A program made the position numbers and the translations under genes. Shown piece after piece: positions 11,210 to 24,381 of a stretch of 39,850 bases of DNA (position 1 is its first letter; each line of letters starts with the position of its first letter). The notes below the pieces were generated by a model that was given only the letters and a program-made list of their open reading frames with translations, did no database searches and was not told the origin of the DNA. The stretch covers positions 64,001-103,850 of the IMG/VR virus record IMGVR_UViG_3300035498_000265. The stretch is one strand, 5' to 3'. The stretch comes from a virus. Its lineage: Duplodnaviria; Heunggongvirae; Uroviricota; Caudoviricetes; Crassvirales.

Positions 11210-14200
11210 TTAAATATAGAATAGAACATCGAGGTCATGTAACTAAATAAAGCCATTGTTACCATTATTATATCTAGGAGCAGAACCCAGTGTAATCTTA
11301 CACCAAGTATTCCTTATTCTATCTCTCCTGTTATGAGCATCTCTAGGAATTTGTATTCTCCACACTCTAAACTTCTTCTTTAGATTAGATGGTAAATTAC
11401 CTTTATTCCTCAGAAGAACCTCACCAGTATCTTGATATTCATTCCACACTCTAACATAGTCAAATGGGGATTCAGAAGATAGAATACTATCTAGTTTATC
11501 TGACCATCTATCCGCCCTAAACTCTATATTAGTGAATATTTTATCAGCAGCTGATAAGTCCTATTGAGATGTCTTACCATTAGATATAAAGGATATATCA
11601 TAACCTTGATATTCACCAAAGAAATAATTATAGCCTCCTTCAAACATCTAATGTAAGTAGTTATTCTTAACACAAAAGAATTTATCTACCACATTAAACA
11701 TAATAGGTACATCAGGATAAGACATAAATGATGTAAACTATCCTAGCTATTCACTATAACAGAGGGACTCATTTACTGTATTTATATATAAGTCATTGTT
11801 ATTCTTATCATAGAATAACCTAACAGTATAATCTTTAGGAGTCCACATTGAAGTAGGCTATTGATTTAACCAAGTTACCATACTTCTTTGTACAGAGACA
11901 TCACTTAAACCCTATCCTCCTATAGCTTGTAGATGTCCTCCTACTGAGTCTATGAAGTATAGAGCATTAGGGGTAGAGCATATAGAGAACTTATTAATAC
12001 AACCAACTCCGTCAGAGATATACCTCTTACCATCTACCTTATAGTTATTAGATATTTCAATAGGCACCCCATCAGATGTAGGTATCTATACTCTAGAGTT
12101 AAATAAAATATTACATATTCCATTATCCTAGAAGCAATAAATATTATCACTCCATACATCTAAGGCTCTTATTTTACCTTTAGAACCATCCATATCATAG
12201 GTAGAAGCTAGAGTCACTGAAGTCCATGGGTCTACATCAGAGCCCTGAGATTTTTCTGTACTCCAAGTTATCTAGTTAGGGAACTCATTTAACTTATAGT
12301 AGTCATCATCTAACATTCTATAGCTAAAGAAGTTATTCTTCTAAGAATAGACTGGGTTCATTAGATTAAAGTTAGTAGGAGACATATTAAGGTTGTTAAG
12401 CTAACCTCTATTTCTATCATACCTACCATCTATATTAATTCTAGTCTCTAGTAAGAATGAGCCTATTTCAACTACTCTATTAGGGTCTTCAGCAGTAAAG
12501 GGGTAAGTTTTTAGACAATCATATCTACTAAACCAAGTATCTCCCCATTCAAATTCTAATGTATTTGAACTATCAAACAAGGACAAAGTTTTACCTGCGG
12601 GCAGCCATACATTAGCTCTAAGTGCATCTGTACTAGTACCACCAAACATAGTCTTAGCATTATAACTCCTACATAATTCCACAACAGGTAAAGTATTAGT
12701 ATAATCACTATCTGAAGTAGAAGGCATTGGTGAACTTAATTCTAATACTACATGTGGAGTAGACTTATACTTAAGTCTCACTGATTCCTTCTTAACAGCT
12801 AAAGCTGGATAGGCATCACCTATATTGCTATTTACTAAGTAGAACTAGGTAACTCCATTCTTAGTCTATCTTTTATATAAGCCCTAATCAGAAGACTCGT
12901 CTGAGTAAGCTGACCAAGTTTTCCACCAACTAGTACTATTAAAGTCAGTAGTAGTATCAGCTCCTACAGAAGAGCCACTGAAAGCAAAGTAACTACCGTC
13001 ACTATCATCAGGTACTAGTAGAGTGTCTATATTACCTTCATAGACATTACCACTGAGTTTTACTATAGAGACTTCATTACTACTAAATAGCTATGGAATA
13101 CTCTTAGAAACAAAGTAATGCTAGACTGGGCTAGTCCATACAGTAGTATCAGCAAATCTCAAATTGGATATAGTCTTCTTACTAAGCACTGCACTCCTAG
13201 TTCCCTAATCAGTAGGTCTATTAATATCATTGTTAAGAGAACCACTAGTTCCCCAAGTGTATACTAGCCACTTATAAGGGCTATACTCATTGCCATAAGC
13301 TCCTAGTTTACCAGTCTTCTTTACTTCATCAACTGCATAGTCATCATAGAATAAACCACTTATAATTCCCTAAGAACTACCACTAGTAAAAGGTTTATGT
13401 ACAAAGCCTGAGCCACCATTACTAATAGGAGGAGTCTCTGTTTGAATATCAATATCACTAGCAGTATAATTTATCCTAGTTTTACCTACTCTACTACATG
13501 TAATACTAGATAAGTCTAAGTTGTGCAAAGACTCATCTAATTCTATATCAGGAGAGTGAAAAGTTAGGAAACTCCAGTCTACTTTAAACTAATTATCACT
13601 CTTATATTGACCCTGTATCTCCACTCCCCTAATAGCCTAGGGATTCCAAGTTAAATCCCTACTAGTATAAGGCAATGACTATCCATTAGCAGAGAATGGA
13701 CTACATACGGTATTAGAGTAAGCAGTAGAGGCTTTAGCATACTCACTTAAACTAGTTACACCATTAATGAAAGGTCTAAAGAACCAAGAAGACTAAGCAT
13801 ATATTGACATGTCATTAAACCTATTTTCCCTAGTATATACAGTAGGATTAACTACTCCCTAGCATATTATAGTCCTATCTTGTATCTCTGGAAATACCAC
13901 AACTGGCCGTACTTTTTTGTACCCAGCTTCTTTTAAACTAGACTTAACAGAACTAGGTAATTCATAAGTCATAATAAACTTATACAGTAATTCCTCATCA
14001 TTGTCATAATAAGGGCCAGCTGCATTGTTATCAGAGTAACCAACTTTATAGTCACCTATCCAAACTGGCTCTGACCATTTACCGTCTTTATACTGAGCTT
14101 GTATACCTAGTCTATAATACTCTCTGTTCTTAAATCCAGCTGCAGTTGTGTTATATAATACACCATTAATAGTTTCCTAAGCATTTAATGCATTATAATA

Positions 14201-15295
14201 CACATAGCCACTAGAAGCTAACTTAGGAACAGATACACCTTTTAGCTTAGAATTAACACTACTTAGACTATCTTTAACATCACTAGTTAAGCCATCTATA
14301 CTACTAATAGCTTGTCTCTTAATCTTAAGATTACCCAAGAATAATGTACCATCTTTAGCACACATACTATCAGCAATGACTTCCTCTCCACCTATATATA
14401 ATAGTGAACTTGGGTCTACTGTATCACCAACTGTACCAGTGTCAGTGAACTTAGCTACTCTATTATTAATAGTACTTAATTCAATATCTTGTACCCTTTT
14501 ACAAGTAGGTATAGCGTCAAGTGAAGTCCTTAGTATACTATATATTCTAAGGTAATCAAAGTGTTTATCTACATTACTTACCTCTATCTCAAATGCATTA
14601 GATACAGTGGCTTCAGGAGAGCCACCCCTATCATTAAATGAAGTATATAATAGAGGAGTAGTATGAAAGATATTAGTCTCTTGACCATACTTATTATAGT
14701 AAGTAAAAGCATATTGAATTACCCCTGGGGGAAACTATCCACCTGAACTAGCTACTCTAGTTACATTGACAGTCTCATCTAACTCTAACTCAGGTACAAA
14801 GTCAAATGAGCCTTCCCAATCATAGGGACTGTGCATTATATTAATAATCCTAGGTTGGTTTAAACCATCAGTCCAATATACCTTTTGGATGTTCTCATTC
14901 TCATAATCTCCTATAGCTTCTATAGGATGTTTAACATCAAACCCTAGTGATTTCTATCCTTCATTAGGGAATAAAGTAGTAACTAATGGGTCTGATTCTG
15001 ACATATCTATCCTTAGGATAGAATCACTATTAGCACCCTAATGAACAAATAATACTAGGTAATTATTTAATACACAGTGACCTATAATAGTTCCTTGTAT
15101 AGAATAAGTACCCCCTAGACTATTCTTCATAGTAAGTTCTTTAGGGCCTCTCTCATTAGTTACAGTCAAGAGGGTTTCTCCCCCTCTTGCTGTAATTCTA
15201 ATGTTATGTGCATCTATTAAATATTCTGGGGTCTACTTAGATACTGCTGCATCCTATTGTAGCCCTATAAATGTATGATTAGAAGATTTTTGCAT
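11210..15295 (-). CDS. Muzzle / tail stabilisation protein, 1361 aa (TAG=Gln)
   Basis: ATG 15295 MQKSSNHTFIGLQQD to TAA 11210, open throughout. Motifs YWTDGLNQPRIIN, YCFQDNGICNILFNSRVQIPTSDGVPIEISNNYKVDG and KKKFRVWRIQIPRD...RDRIRNTW are typical of the crAss-like muzzle. Confidence 0.85.
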
Positions 15296-15300
15296 AATTA

Positions 15301-18147
15301 TTATTCATCTGTAGGAGGTGTAGTTGGTGTTCCACCAGGGGGAGCAGTAACAATAAGAGCACTACTAGCTATTTGAGTAGATGTCCAAGCCTCTGCAGAA
15401 GTAGTAGCCATAGCGAAATAGTCACTAGTCTTAGATGTACCTGAGGGGTTTAGATAAGTTGCTGTAGTACTGTAAGGTTTTAAATAAGTTACACTAGAAG
15501 AGTCTTCAGAGAGTAACTAGTTATTAGCATTCCAACTAACACTATTACCTACTACTACTTTAGAGTTAATAGTAGTTAAGCTACCTTTAATAATCTTTAT
15601 CTAAGTATATATAGAAACACCAGTGCCTGTATAAACCATACCCCCACTACCACTGGAAGAAACACAATATTTAACTTGAGCTACCCTAGAAGTAGATGGT
15701 GTACCATTATATTTAGTACCAGGAGTTGTAGCTATAGCACTATCATCTAATGTAAACTCCCATATACCCTCACTAGTATCAAGCTTAGTTTGAGTTATTA
15801 AAGTTCCAGTATAATACAGCCCTATATAGTCACTCCAATTTAACTCTGTGCCACTACTATCATAGAGTTTAGCAGCTACAGTAGCACCTGTTTGATTACC
15901 ACTATTGTCTACAAAAGTTAAATAAGGAGCAGCTGTTATTTTATGATAGTCAGCAGTACCTTGAACACCCTTGCTCTCTGAGATAGAGCTAGCTACATAT
16001 AGGTCTTCAACAGTAGCTTGTACTCTTTCATAGTGACCAGATGAGCTTCCTGTTACTAGCTTAATCATGCTTAGTAAGTACTAAGAACCACCATAATTAA
16101 TTAGTAATACAGGAGTACCCTCCTCAAGAGTAGAACCATCTATAGGGGTGCCTAAGGATTCCTTATAAGTAGTAAATATTATAGCAGGTGAACCATCATC
16201 ATATAATACCTTTAGACTCTTAGCAGATACATCTCCACTGAAAGTTCCATTAGAAGTCCCAACAAACTCACCTGTAACTTTAACTTCACCAGAGGTAATA
16301 TCAATACCAGCTTTCTATAAAGTATTATTTATATTAGACTATACTTGTATTGAGTATCCTTCAGCAGTCTATAATACTGAAGTTTTAGCTCCTTCTATAG
16401 CACTATCAACAGAAGTAGACCACTAGGCCCCTGTCTTAAAGTTAACACAGAAATTAGGTTTAAATGCAGCTAAGTCATCATAAGGGTCTGATAAAGTACT
16501 ACCGTTCTTATAGTTCTATAAGAATAGCTCATAGTGGTCTGAGTAATCTCCAGTCTCATCTAAACCATCCTGACTAAACATATAATCACCATTAAATACT
16601 GCACTACCAATAAGACCATTAGCTATGATACCTACCTTGGTATATAAAGCTTCAAAGCCCTCAAGCTTAGTCCACCACAGAGGATTATTAGAGGGGGTAG
16701 AAGTAAGAGTGCCTGACCAACTACCCTAACCAGATAAATAGTAGTAGCAGCCATCGTCATATACATATGGAGTTCTAACACCATCATTAGTATAAGATAC
16801 ACCAGGTGTATATAGTCCCATTGGGTATATAATAGGGTTTCTTACATAAACAGTCTCTGTGGTAGTAATACCGTTTAATCCTGTATACCTAGCAGGCTTT
16901 GACCAAGTATCTTCAAAGGTATAAGTTTCATTACCCTCTTTATCTGTGGTAACTAGGTACCTACACTGGGTAAACCATATATAAGGATAATTCTCGGTTA
17001 CACTAGGAGTAGCTTTATACCAATTAGTACCACTAGCAAATAGAGAATTATAATTAACATTGTAAGGTGATGTAGTAGGGTCTGGGGCATCTCCTCTTAT
17101 ACCTTCCTCTGTACCTAGTGTAAAAGCTATACCTATATTAACACCAGCTATACCATCAATACCATTAGAACCTGAAGGCCCTGGTTTACCATCCTAACCC
17201 TATATTCTTTGAGGGCTAGACCACTCACCTATTAACTAATCAGTATTACCATCTATAGTAGCATATATCATAAAGAGTACCCAAAAGTGGTCTTCATTAA
17301 TATACTTAGTAACTAACCTATGGTATTCTGTATTACAAGTTAATAGGTCATCTTCACCTTTATCACAGGTATCATATAAAGTCTTAAAAGCTTTAAAGAC
17401 TTCAACAATTAAAGCCTCCTAAGTAGAATTAGTAGTTAAAAGAACTCCATGTAGTTCATAGAATTTCTTATGTACCTAGGTAAAGGTGCTAGTGGTATCT
17501 AGCTCAGTAAAGTATTTAGTGTTATCTACATCTATGTTATTAGCACTAGAGAATGTTACTAGATACTTATCAAATACTTTACCTATGTTAGATTGCACCA
17601 CAGAGTAATCCTCTACATCAGCTTTACTCCAATCAACATACCACCCTTCTGGGTATCTATCTAATTTCTATTCTGAGCCTAGTGTTAAAGCATACTATGA
17701 TGCTCTCCTATATCTATACTCAGTATAGTTACCATTTTTACCATCCTCACCATCCTAGCCATTCTCACCATCTTTACCATCATTACCTGAGGAGCCTGTA
17801 TTTCCTGTAGCACCCTTCATACTTAATACCTCTCCCTAAGACATAACCATATTAGTCTCATACTTAATCTTTAGTACACATTGATACCAATCCTAAGTAG
17901 AGGTATTAGGTACATCATACCACTTTTTACCATCAATTTCACCATTAAATGGTAAAGCTGGCATCTCTTTAGGTAAAGTAGATTCCTTAAAAGGCTTAGC
18001 GGGGAAGCTATCCTCAGAACCTCTACAAAAGATTGTAGTAGTATATTCATAACTACTATTATCTTCTGTCTAGGTATGTCTTAGATAGTACTCAACAGCA
18101 GCATCAACTTGCTCACCACTGTATATACTTGAGTATTCACTTTCCAT
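15301..18147 (-). CDS. Tail fibre-like protein with collagen-like repeats, 948 aa (TAG=Gln)
   Basis: ATG 18147 MESEYSSIYSGEQVDAAV to TAA 15301. About ten G-X-Y triplets (GATGNTGSSGNDGKDGENGQDGEDGKNG, 17730-17815), a second short G-X-Y run near 17150-17195, IGSAVFNGDYMFSQDG motif, Ser/Thr-rich C-terminus. Confidence 0.75.
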
Positions 18148-18442
18148 ATTTCTTCTTTACTTTAAGTTTCATAGTACCATCTTCAAGCATATATAAACCT
18201 TCAATAACTTTATAGTATAAACCATCTGGTCCAAATACAAATACATCAAGAGCTATAGGATGACTAAACCTAAACACAAATGGGTTAAACTTCTCAGTTA
18301 ATCTAGAGACTTCCATTAATAAAGGATTATCACTATCTTCTATTATAGAATCTCTTGAAGTATTATTTGATATAATATTAATCTCAGGTATTATATAGCT
18401 TTTATTCCTTTTTCTATCGTAGCTTATAAAGTAATTATCCAT
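18137..18442 (-). CDS. Hypothetical tail-associated protein, 101 aa
   Basis: ATG 18442 overlaps upstream TAA (TAATG); ends in TGA overlapping the fibre start. The ORF-track start at 18472 lies inside the upstream gene. Confidence 0.65.
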   Translation of the reverse strand: MDNYFISYDRKRNKSYIIPEINIISNNTSRDSIIEDSDNPLLMEVSRLTEKFNPFVFRFSHPIALDVFVFGPDGLYYKVIEGLYMLEDGTMKLKVKKKYGK

Positions 18443-18810
18443 TATTCCATTATTGCTATACCTGAAGAGCATCTAGCTATTTCTAGCCTCTAAGGTAGAT
18501 TATCATGCTAGGGTATTGTAGCCTATATCTCTACCATTAATACTCCTGGGACTAAATCACTAGTATCTACAGTAAAGGCAAACATATTAGCATATTCTGG
18601 GGTCTCAGTCTCATCCCAAGCTTTATATAAGTCATTTGTTACCTCATGCTCAGTCTTAGTCCTAGCATTAATTATGTAATAGACTACTTTTACAGCCTTA
18701 TCACCAACTAACTCAGTAAAGGTGTATTTACCATCAACAGGAGGAAACTTAATTCCAAGAACTAAAGTACTGCCTTTATAAGCTATATCATCATTAATAG
18801 GTCTAACCAT
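18442..18810 (-). CDS. Hypothetical beta-rich tail/fibre adaptor-like protein, 122 aa (TAG=Gln)
   Basis: ORF-track fragment extended through three TAG codons to TAA 18442 (ends RLEIARCSSGIAIME). Confidence 0.65.
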
Positions 18811-18812
18811 AA

Positions 18813-19517
18813 TTACTGTAATCTAATTCTTTCCATACTACCATTAGTTATAAATCCCCTACTATGCTCATTAACTCTAGGTATTAGAGTATTGAATGCA
18901 TTAGTTATTGACTGCATCTCATCAACAGAAGGTTTAACTAAGTCTGTCTGAGCCTAACCTACTGCAAAAGCATATTGCTACTGAGTATTACTTAATACAG
19001 TCTAACTAATCTTATTTAAATCAAATAACACAGTAAAGCATTTATTCTTTATATATAACTCCAAAGCCCTAATAAAAGGACTATTATCAAGTACTAGAGG
19101 ATAGCCCTCATCATCTACTGGGATAGCTCTATAAGCAATCTCAATCTATCCTTCTTTAATAGAAGTAAAGATTACATTCCCCTAAATCTTATAAGTAAGG
19201 TCTCTACTAGGGGATTCCTAGTTACTCATATGAAAGCTATCAGAAGTATATCTAAAGGCTACCTAATGATGCTCTCCACATTTATCCTTAATGAGCCTAA
19301 CCTATATCATCTAATGATAATCACATGGTAATTTAGCTCTATGGTTATCTAACTCAATAATAGCAGTCTTCTCTTCAAAGATATTAGGCATACCAATAAT
19401 CCTAATAAACTCTACTGTATAGGCTACTGCTCTTTCTAGAGTTAATCCATATTCCTTAAGTAAGGGATGGTCTAAGCAATCATCTAGGATTGTTTTTATT
19501 GAAATATAACCAGCCAT
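18813..19517 (-). CDS. Tail ring (tubular) protein, 234 aa (TAG=Gln)
   Basis: MAGYISIKTILDDCLDHPLL...AKLPCDY...IEIAYRAIPVDDEGYPLVLDN...QQQYAFAVGQAQ; crAss-like ring protein pattern and synteny. Confidence 0.8.
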
Positions 19518-20041
19518 TATAATTTAAATGCGTCTAATTTTTTATCCTTTATATTCTTCTTTAAATTCTTTTTTAACTCTCTGTTTACATCAAACTAAAG
19601 GAAGGACTTGTTTTTATAATTTGCTTTCCCTCTGTTGTAGTAAACTTTGAAGATTTCCTTCTCCTCCATTTTAATGAGTGTTCTATTCTTATAGGCTTCC
19701 TCATCTTCTGACCACAGTTTTAATGTTTTATCCCAATCAATAGGAAGGTTAGTTATAACTTTATTTCCCTATAATAGTATCTTAGCATCATACTTTCTTA
19801 TCTCTAGCCTACCCATAGAACATGGTAAGGTTATATCATTGCCTTGGGATAGTAATTCTGCTAGGTAATTATTAACTGTCCTTATAATACTATAGAACTA
19901 ATGTTCTGGTATAGGTTTACCTATGTTAAACCACTTGTTCTTCCTTATTGCTTTATAGCAATCATACACTCCAAAGGAGTTATTCACTTTATGCTTTCTT
20001 GGGCCACTGACCTTTAAAACTCTCTTCCTAAATTCATCCAT
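19517..20041 (-). CDS. IHF/HU-like DNA-binding protein, 174 aa (TAG=Gln; absent from ORF track)
   Basis: MDEFRKRVLKVSGPRKHKVNNSFGVYDCYK...GNDITLPCSMGRLEIRK...NLPIDWDKTLKLW; basic; overlaps both neighbours via TAATG; sits where crAss-like IHF-like genes lie between ring genes. Confidence 0.75.
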
Positions 20042-20763
20042 TATTCTATTTGCTTTTGAAGCTGAGATTTAAGATTCTATCTTAAGAAAGAAGCTAATTC
20101 AGATAAATCATCAGAAGCATTATTCTCAGAATCTTTAGGTTTATAGATAGACCCACTTAATATCTTTACAGTTAAGTCTATTAGAGATTGCACTAGTCCA
20201 GCTTCTAATGGGAAAGTCTTATCTAGTAATTCGCATGAACTATCATCACTCTCACATTGTAACTCAGCTGCTCCCTCAGTATCCTCAAAGATACCAGTCA
20301 TCTTAACTTTCTCTAGATATAGGAATTGAGGGTTACTAGATTTAAAATATAAATACTAGTCAGGCCCTATTGATGCATAGATTATATTCTATAACCATCT
20401 ATTATGACCAACATATCTCATCCTTTCTCTAGACACAAAAGTAATTTCTCCCTAATAGAAATCTATTGGATAGACTCTAGTTCCACCAACAGATATAGTA
20501 CTAGGCACTTTCTATTTTGACCTTAGATAAGTGCCACCTTCACAAGGTTCACCTGAAATAGCAGGAACCTCTATTAAGTCTAAACATATAGTCTAATAGT
20601 TGCTCTCTGGTATTTCCCTTTTTATGCTTGAATAAGTCTACTTAAGTATAGCTGCTCTTACCTTAGATAATAGGAATACAACATGCTCTTCAGTGTAGTA
20701 ATTATCATCTGAAGCTCCCTTAAGTAAATCTAATACAGTATATACTAGTTCCCTATAAGTCAT
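20041..20763 (-). CDS. Tail ring protein, 240 aa (TAG=Gln)
   Basis: MTYRELVYTVLDLLKGASDDNYYTEEHVVFLL...NYQTICLDL...KVKMTGIFED...FPLEAGLVQSLI; crAss-like ring pattern. Confidence 0.8.
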
Positions 20764-20788
20764 ATGTGTATAAATTAAAAATCTTGCA

Positions 20789-20819
20789 CAAAGATAAGTA
20801 AAATTTATCAATTATGCAA
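20789..20819 (-). promoter_or_regulatory. Bacteroidota-type sigma promoter
   Basis: Minus strand TTG-N20-TATCTTTG, 25 nt upstream of ATG 20763. Confidence 0.7.
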
Positions 20820-20843
20820 GATTATAACTATTTTTATTGTATG

Positions 20844-21083
20844 TTAAACACAAGCTTCTTTACAACTAGTATATGGGATTAAACAGTTACTTCCCCATAG
20901 ACAGTTGACAGCTTTACTAACTATTAATTGTTCATCCTAGTCTAAGTCAAACTCCTATAGAATCTCTTGTATATATAAGAATGCTAGTAAGTATTCTACA
21001 TAGCCATACTTAACATAACCAGCCTAAGATAACCTATTAAAGTACCTTTGTAAAGCCTAATAGGATTGATTAGTTAAGTCCAT
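20844..21083 (-). CDS. Small conserved virion protein, probable tail hub B-like, 79 aa (TAG=Gln)
   Basis: MDLTNQSYQALQRYFNRLSQAGYVKY...NCLWGSNCLIPY; Cys-containing; name assigned by synteny. Confidence 0.6.
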
Positions 21084-21594
21084 AACAGCCGCACTTACTA
21101 GTATTAGTTTCATTAGTATAAGTCTTATTAAGCATCTTCCAATACTTAATAGCATCAAGATAATTACAAGTTTCTATAGCTAAGTCTAGGGCTTTTTGCC
21201 TAAGTATAAAGTCTATAAAATCTTTAGGTAAAGTACAAGAGTCACCTAACCTGGTTAGATAATTAAGACCTTTCTTAGCTAAGAATTTCCTATTATATAC
21301 TACTCCTACCTTATTTACATCCTAGCCACATGGTGTTTCAGGAGAAGGATTACCTAGTAATATAGGAGTTATAAACAGCAGCTCATTCTTAGCCTAGGGT
21401 AAATAAACTTCTAGTATAAGATTAGTTGTTTCTTCCTAAGTTACTTCATGATAAGGAGTACTAGTACCATAAGTATCAGGTGTGTCTATCCTAACTCCTT
21501 GTATAGTAACATCAGAGAAATATGACTTATCTTCTACCTAGACATCTATGTATAGATAATCTTCTTCTATATTAAGTTTATTGTACTTTATCAT
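21070..21594 (-). CDS. Probable tail hub A-like protein, 174 aa (TAG=Gln)
   Basis: MIKYNKLNIEEDYLYIDVQV...ETPCGQD...DFIDFILRQKALDLAIETCNY...KCGCYGLN; overlaps next gene by 14 nt; name assigned by synteny. Confidence 0.6.
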
Positions 21595-21600
21595 AGTATA

Positions 21601-21632
21601 TAAAAAATAAAAGGGAGGTTTTAACCTCCCTT
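21601..21632 (-). terminator. Intrinsic terminator after auxiliary capsid gene
   Basis: AAGGGAGGTT-tt-AACCTCCCTT inverted repeat followed on the minus strand by TTATTTTTT. Confidence 0.85.
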
Positions 21633-21635
21633 AGA

Positions 21636-22637
21636 TTATTTAACTTCTTGAACTGTTAATCCAGAAACAGATTCCAATTTAGTTACTAGAGAAGTCATAA
21701 CAGCAGACTCTGCTACAATAGTTAAGTCCTTCTCAGACTTTTGTGGATTTTCACCAGCTCCTTCATAGTAGTAGTGAATATCTAGTGAATCATATTCCTT
21801 AGATTCATCAACCAGGTAAGTAGTTGGAACTACAACAGGCCAACCTACATTCCTATAAATATCACCTCTTTCACCCATGCAGAAGTACTCAAGGTCTGCG
21901 ATTTTCTTACCATCACCAATTACAGCATATTCTTCTGTATCTACTTTACCAGTAGCCTCATTGATATTACCCCAAATAACTTCATCACCTTCATAGGTAA
22001 CAGTTGTTGGAACTATATCAAAGTATACAGGAACTTGTGCTTTAATACCTCTAGTCCAATCCTGCTCAAGCTCCTCAATGATTACACCAGTAGCTTCATC
22101 AGCAAGGTCTGATTCCTTAGTAAGAGGAGTGACTTCAGTATCACCAATCTTAAATCTTAGAAGAGCAACAGGTTCTCTACTAAAGTTCTTAGCTAGAGAG
22201 ATAGCCAATCTCTTATAGAAAGTAGAAGCAGTCATACCAGATACAGCGTGAACCATACCATATTTGATGTAAGAGTCTTCATCAGACATACCTGCAAATT
22301 GATGGATAATAATTCTTAGGATATAATCTTGTCCAGGAATTAGTTCACCACCATTAACTTCTGAGTTAAGAGTTACTGTGCCTCTTTGAAGACTAGTAGC
22401 TAGCTTACCAGCAGGAGTCTTTTTAATGCAAACTACTTTATTAATATCAATAAGGTCTGACCTAGTTCTGCCACCAGCTCCTTGATACTCAAAATATAGA
22501 TGCTGCTTTTTAGTATCAGCTGAAGGAAGAATAGCACCTACAGTAGTTTCTTTCATTCTTTTAGTTGTAGCATCAGCAGTACCTAGTGCCTTTGCAACAT
22601 AAAGGTGTCTTACTTGATTTGTGGAAAAATTTCCCAT
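21636..22637 (-). CDS. Auxiliary capsid (decoration) protein, 333 aa
   Basis: Intact ORF MGNFSTNQVRHLYVA...IADLEYFCMGERGDIYRNVGWP; no TAG; followed by a terminator, as expected for a high-copy protein. Confidence 0.75.
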   Translation of the reverse strand: MGNFSTNQVRHLYVAKALGTADATTKRMKETTVGAILPSADTKKQHLYFEYQGAGGRTRSDLIDINKVVCIKKTPAGKLATSLQRGTVTLNSEVNGGELIPGQDYILRIIIHQFAGMSDEDSYIKYGMVHAVSGMTASTFYKRLAISLAKNFSREPVALLRFKIGDTEVTPLTKESDLADEATGVIIEELEQDWTRGIKAQVPVYFDIVPTTVTYEGDEVIWGNINEATGKVDTEEYAVIGDGKKIADLEYFCMGERGDIYRNVGWPVVVPTTYLVDESKEYDSLDIHYYYEGAGENPQKSEKDLTIVAESAVMTSLVTKLESVSGLTVQEVK

Positions 22638-22667
22638 TTTTTATTACGGTTTAATTAAACAATAATT

Positions 22668-23372
22668 TTATTTACCTGCAGCTTTACTCTTGATAGCTAA
22701 CTCAACTGCCATCTCAAGTATAACTCTATGTATTGCAGGATTTAATTTACATTCACTTTTGTTACTTTGATTATCTATAGATAGATTATCAGGTAAATCT
22801 ATTAGTATTATAGGACTAGGTTTAGATACATATCTAACCTAGTACTAGTCTATATTATACTTAGAAATAATCTCTACTATATTATCATCAATATCTAATC
22901 TTAGTGCTCTCCTTTTATTAGAATTCTTAAAGGGGTTTCTATTTATCCTAAAGTACTCATCCTAAGTTACTGGGACTACTAAGATAGTGTTACCATTATA
23001 GCAACCTGCACTTTCATCATCTAGATGAACCTATTCATAGGTTATAAATAACAGGTCATCAGGTAACTTAAAGAAAGAAGAATTAGAGCTTAATTTAGTG
23101 TCCTCTAAATCTTGTTTATCAGTTATAATAGAAGTCTTAACTAAGTTATTTAAATACTTTCTAAGCTCCTCTGTTTTCTCAAAGGAATCCCCTAGTAATT
23201 TACCATTGTATAAAGAGATAACTATACTCTCCTAAGCCTTTGTTAGAAATAGTGATTTCTCATATTCATCTAACACTATATCAGCTCTAGAATGAGTGTC
23301 ACCAAACTCTGACACATTATTATAACTATTTAGAAGAGTATCAAATTCACTGCTAAATTCTTCTATTGTCAT
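22668..23372 (-). CDS. Tail ring protein, 234 aa (TAG=Gln; absent from ORF track)
   Basis: MTIEEFSSEFDTLLNSY...LDEYEKSLFLTKAQ...PVTQDEY...NPFK...YVSKPSPIIL...ECKLNPAIHRVILEMAVELA; clear paralogue of the upstream gene. Confidence 0.8.
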
Positions 23373-23374
23373 AA

Positions 23375-24346
23375 TTATTTACTAGCTGTTTGTACTGCTC
23401 CTACACTTGTTTGACTAGATTGTCCTAGTGCTACTTGACTTTGTAAGTCACCTGTGTAAGCAGCTTTAGCAAGTTCAACTGCCCTTTGTAATATTTCCTA
23501 ATGTAGTATTGGGTCAAGCTCACAAGTCTATTCTTCATTACTACCATCAAGAGTTACATCATCAAATGTAATAAGTCTTATTGCTCTAGGCCTTTTTACA
23601 TATCTAACAATGTAAGCCTCAATCTCATCATTAGGGCCAATAACAAGTTCTACTTTCTTTACAGGAGTAGTAACACTGCTATCATCAGTTGCACTATTGT
23701 CAAGTATTCTCCAAGCTTGGAATTTAAGAGGTCTCTTGTATGGTTTACTCATTAGTCTTGAGTACTCAGTGTAGTTAATAGGAACTACTGTTAATCTAGT
23801 CTCAGTACCACTTCTATTAACAACAACATACTCATTAACAAACATTAGGATGCTAGAGTCTAGAATGATTGACCTAGTATTATCTCTATAGTCAAAGAAT
23901 GAGTCTAAGAAGGGGCTAGCTATATTCTTAGTAGACTAGCCAATGACACTTCTTCCTGGGGTAATATTAATGTAATTAGTATCAATTAAATCATACTGCT
24001 CACTAGTTATATTATTACCCTGTGCTTTAAGTATAGCTGCTAGAGTACTCATGTCTCTAATTTTCTCAGTTACTTCAACTGTAGTATCTGAGCTACCTAT
24101 ACCAAAGGCAAGTGCTTCATACTTGACACTCCTCATAATCATTGAGAAGTCAATCTGTCTTTTCTCATTACCATCGAAACCCTCTTGAGTTTTATTAAGC
24201 CTAGGGTTAAAGTAGGCTTTAACTATCTCATCCTGAGCTTTAGTTAAGAATACTGATTTCTCATACTCATCAAGCCCTGGAGCTTGATTACTTGTGATGT
24301 TATTATATAGAACATCAAATTCATTACTAAACTCTAAATTGGTCAT
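23375..24346 (-). CDS. Tail ring protein, 323 aa (TAG=Gln)
   Basis: MTNLEFSNEFDVLYNNITSNQAPGLDEYEKSVFLTKAQDEIVK...KPYKRPLKFQAWR...CELDPILHQEILQRAVELAKAAY; ATG 24346 preferred over the TTG at 24367. Confidence 0.8.
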
Positions 24347-24381
24347 GTTGAAGTTATTATTACTCAAAGAGTAAATTAGTA

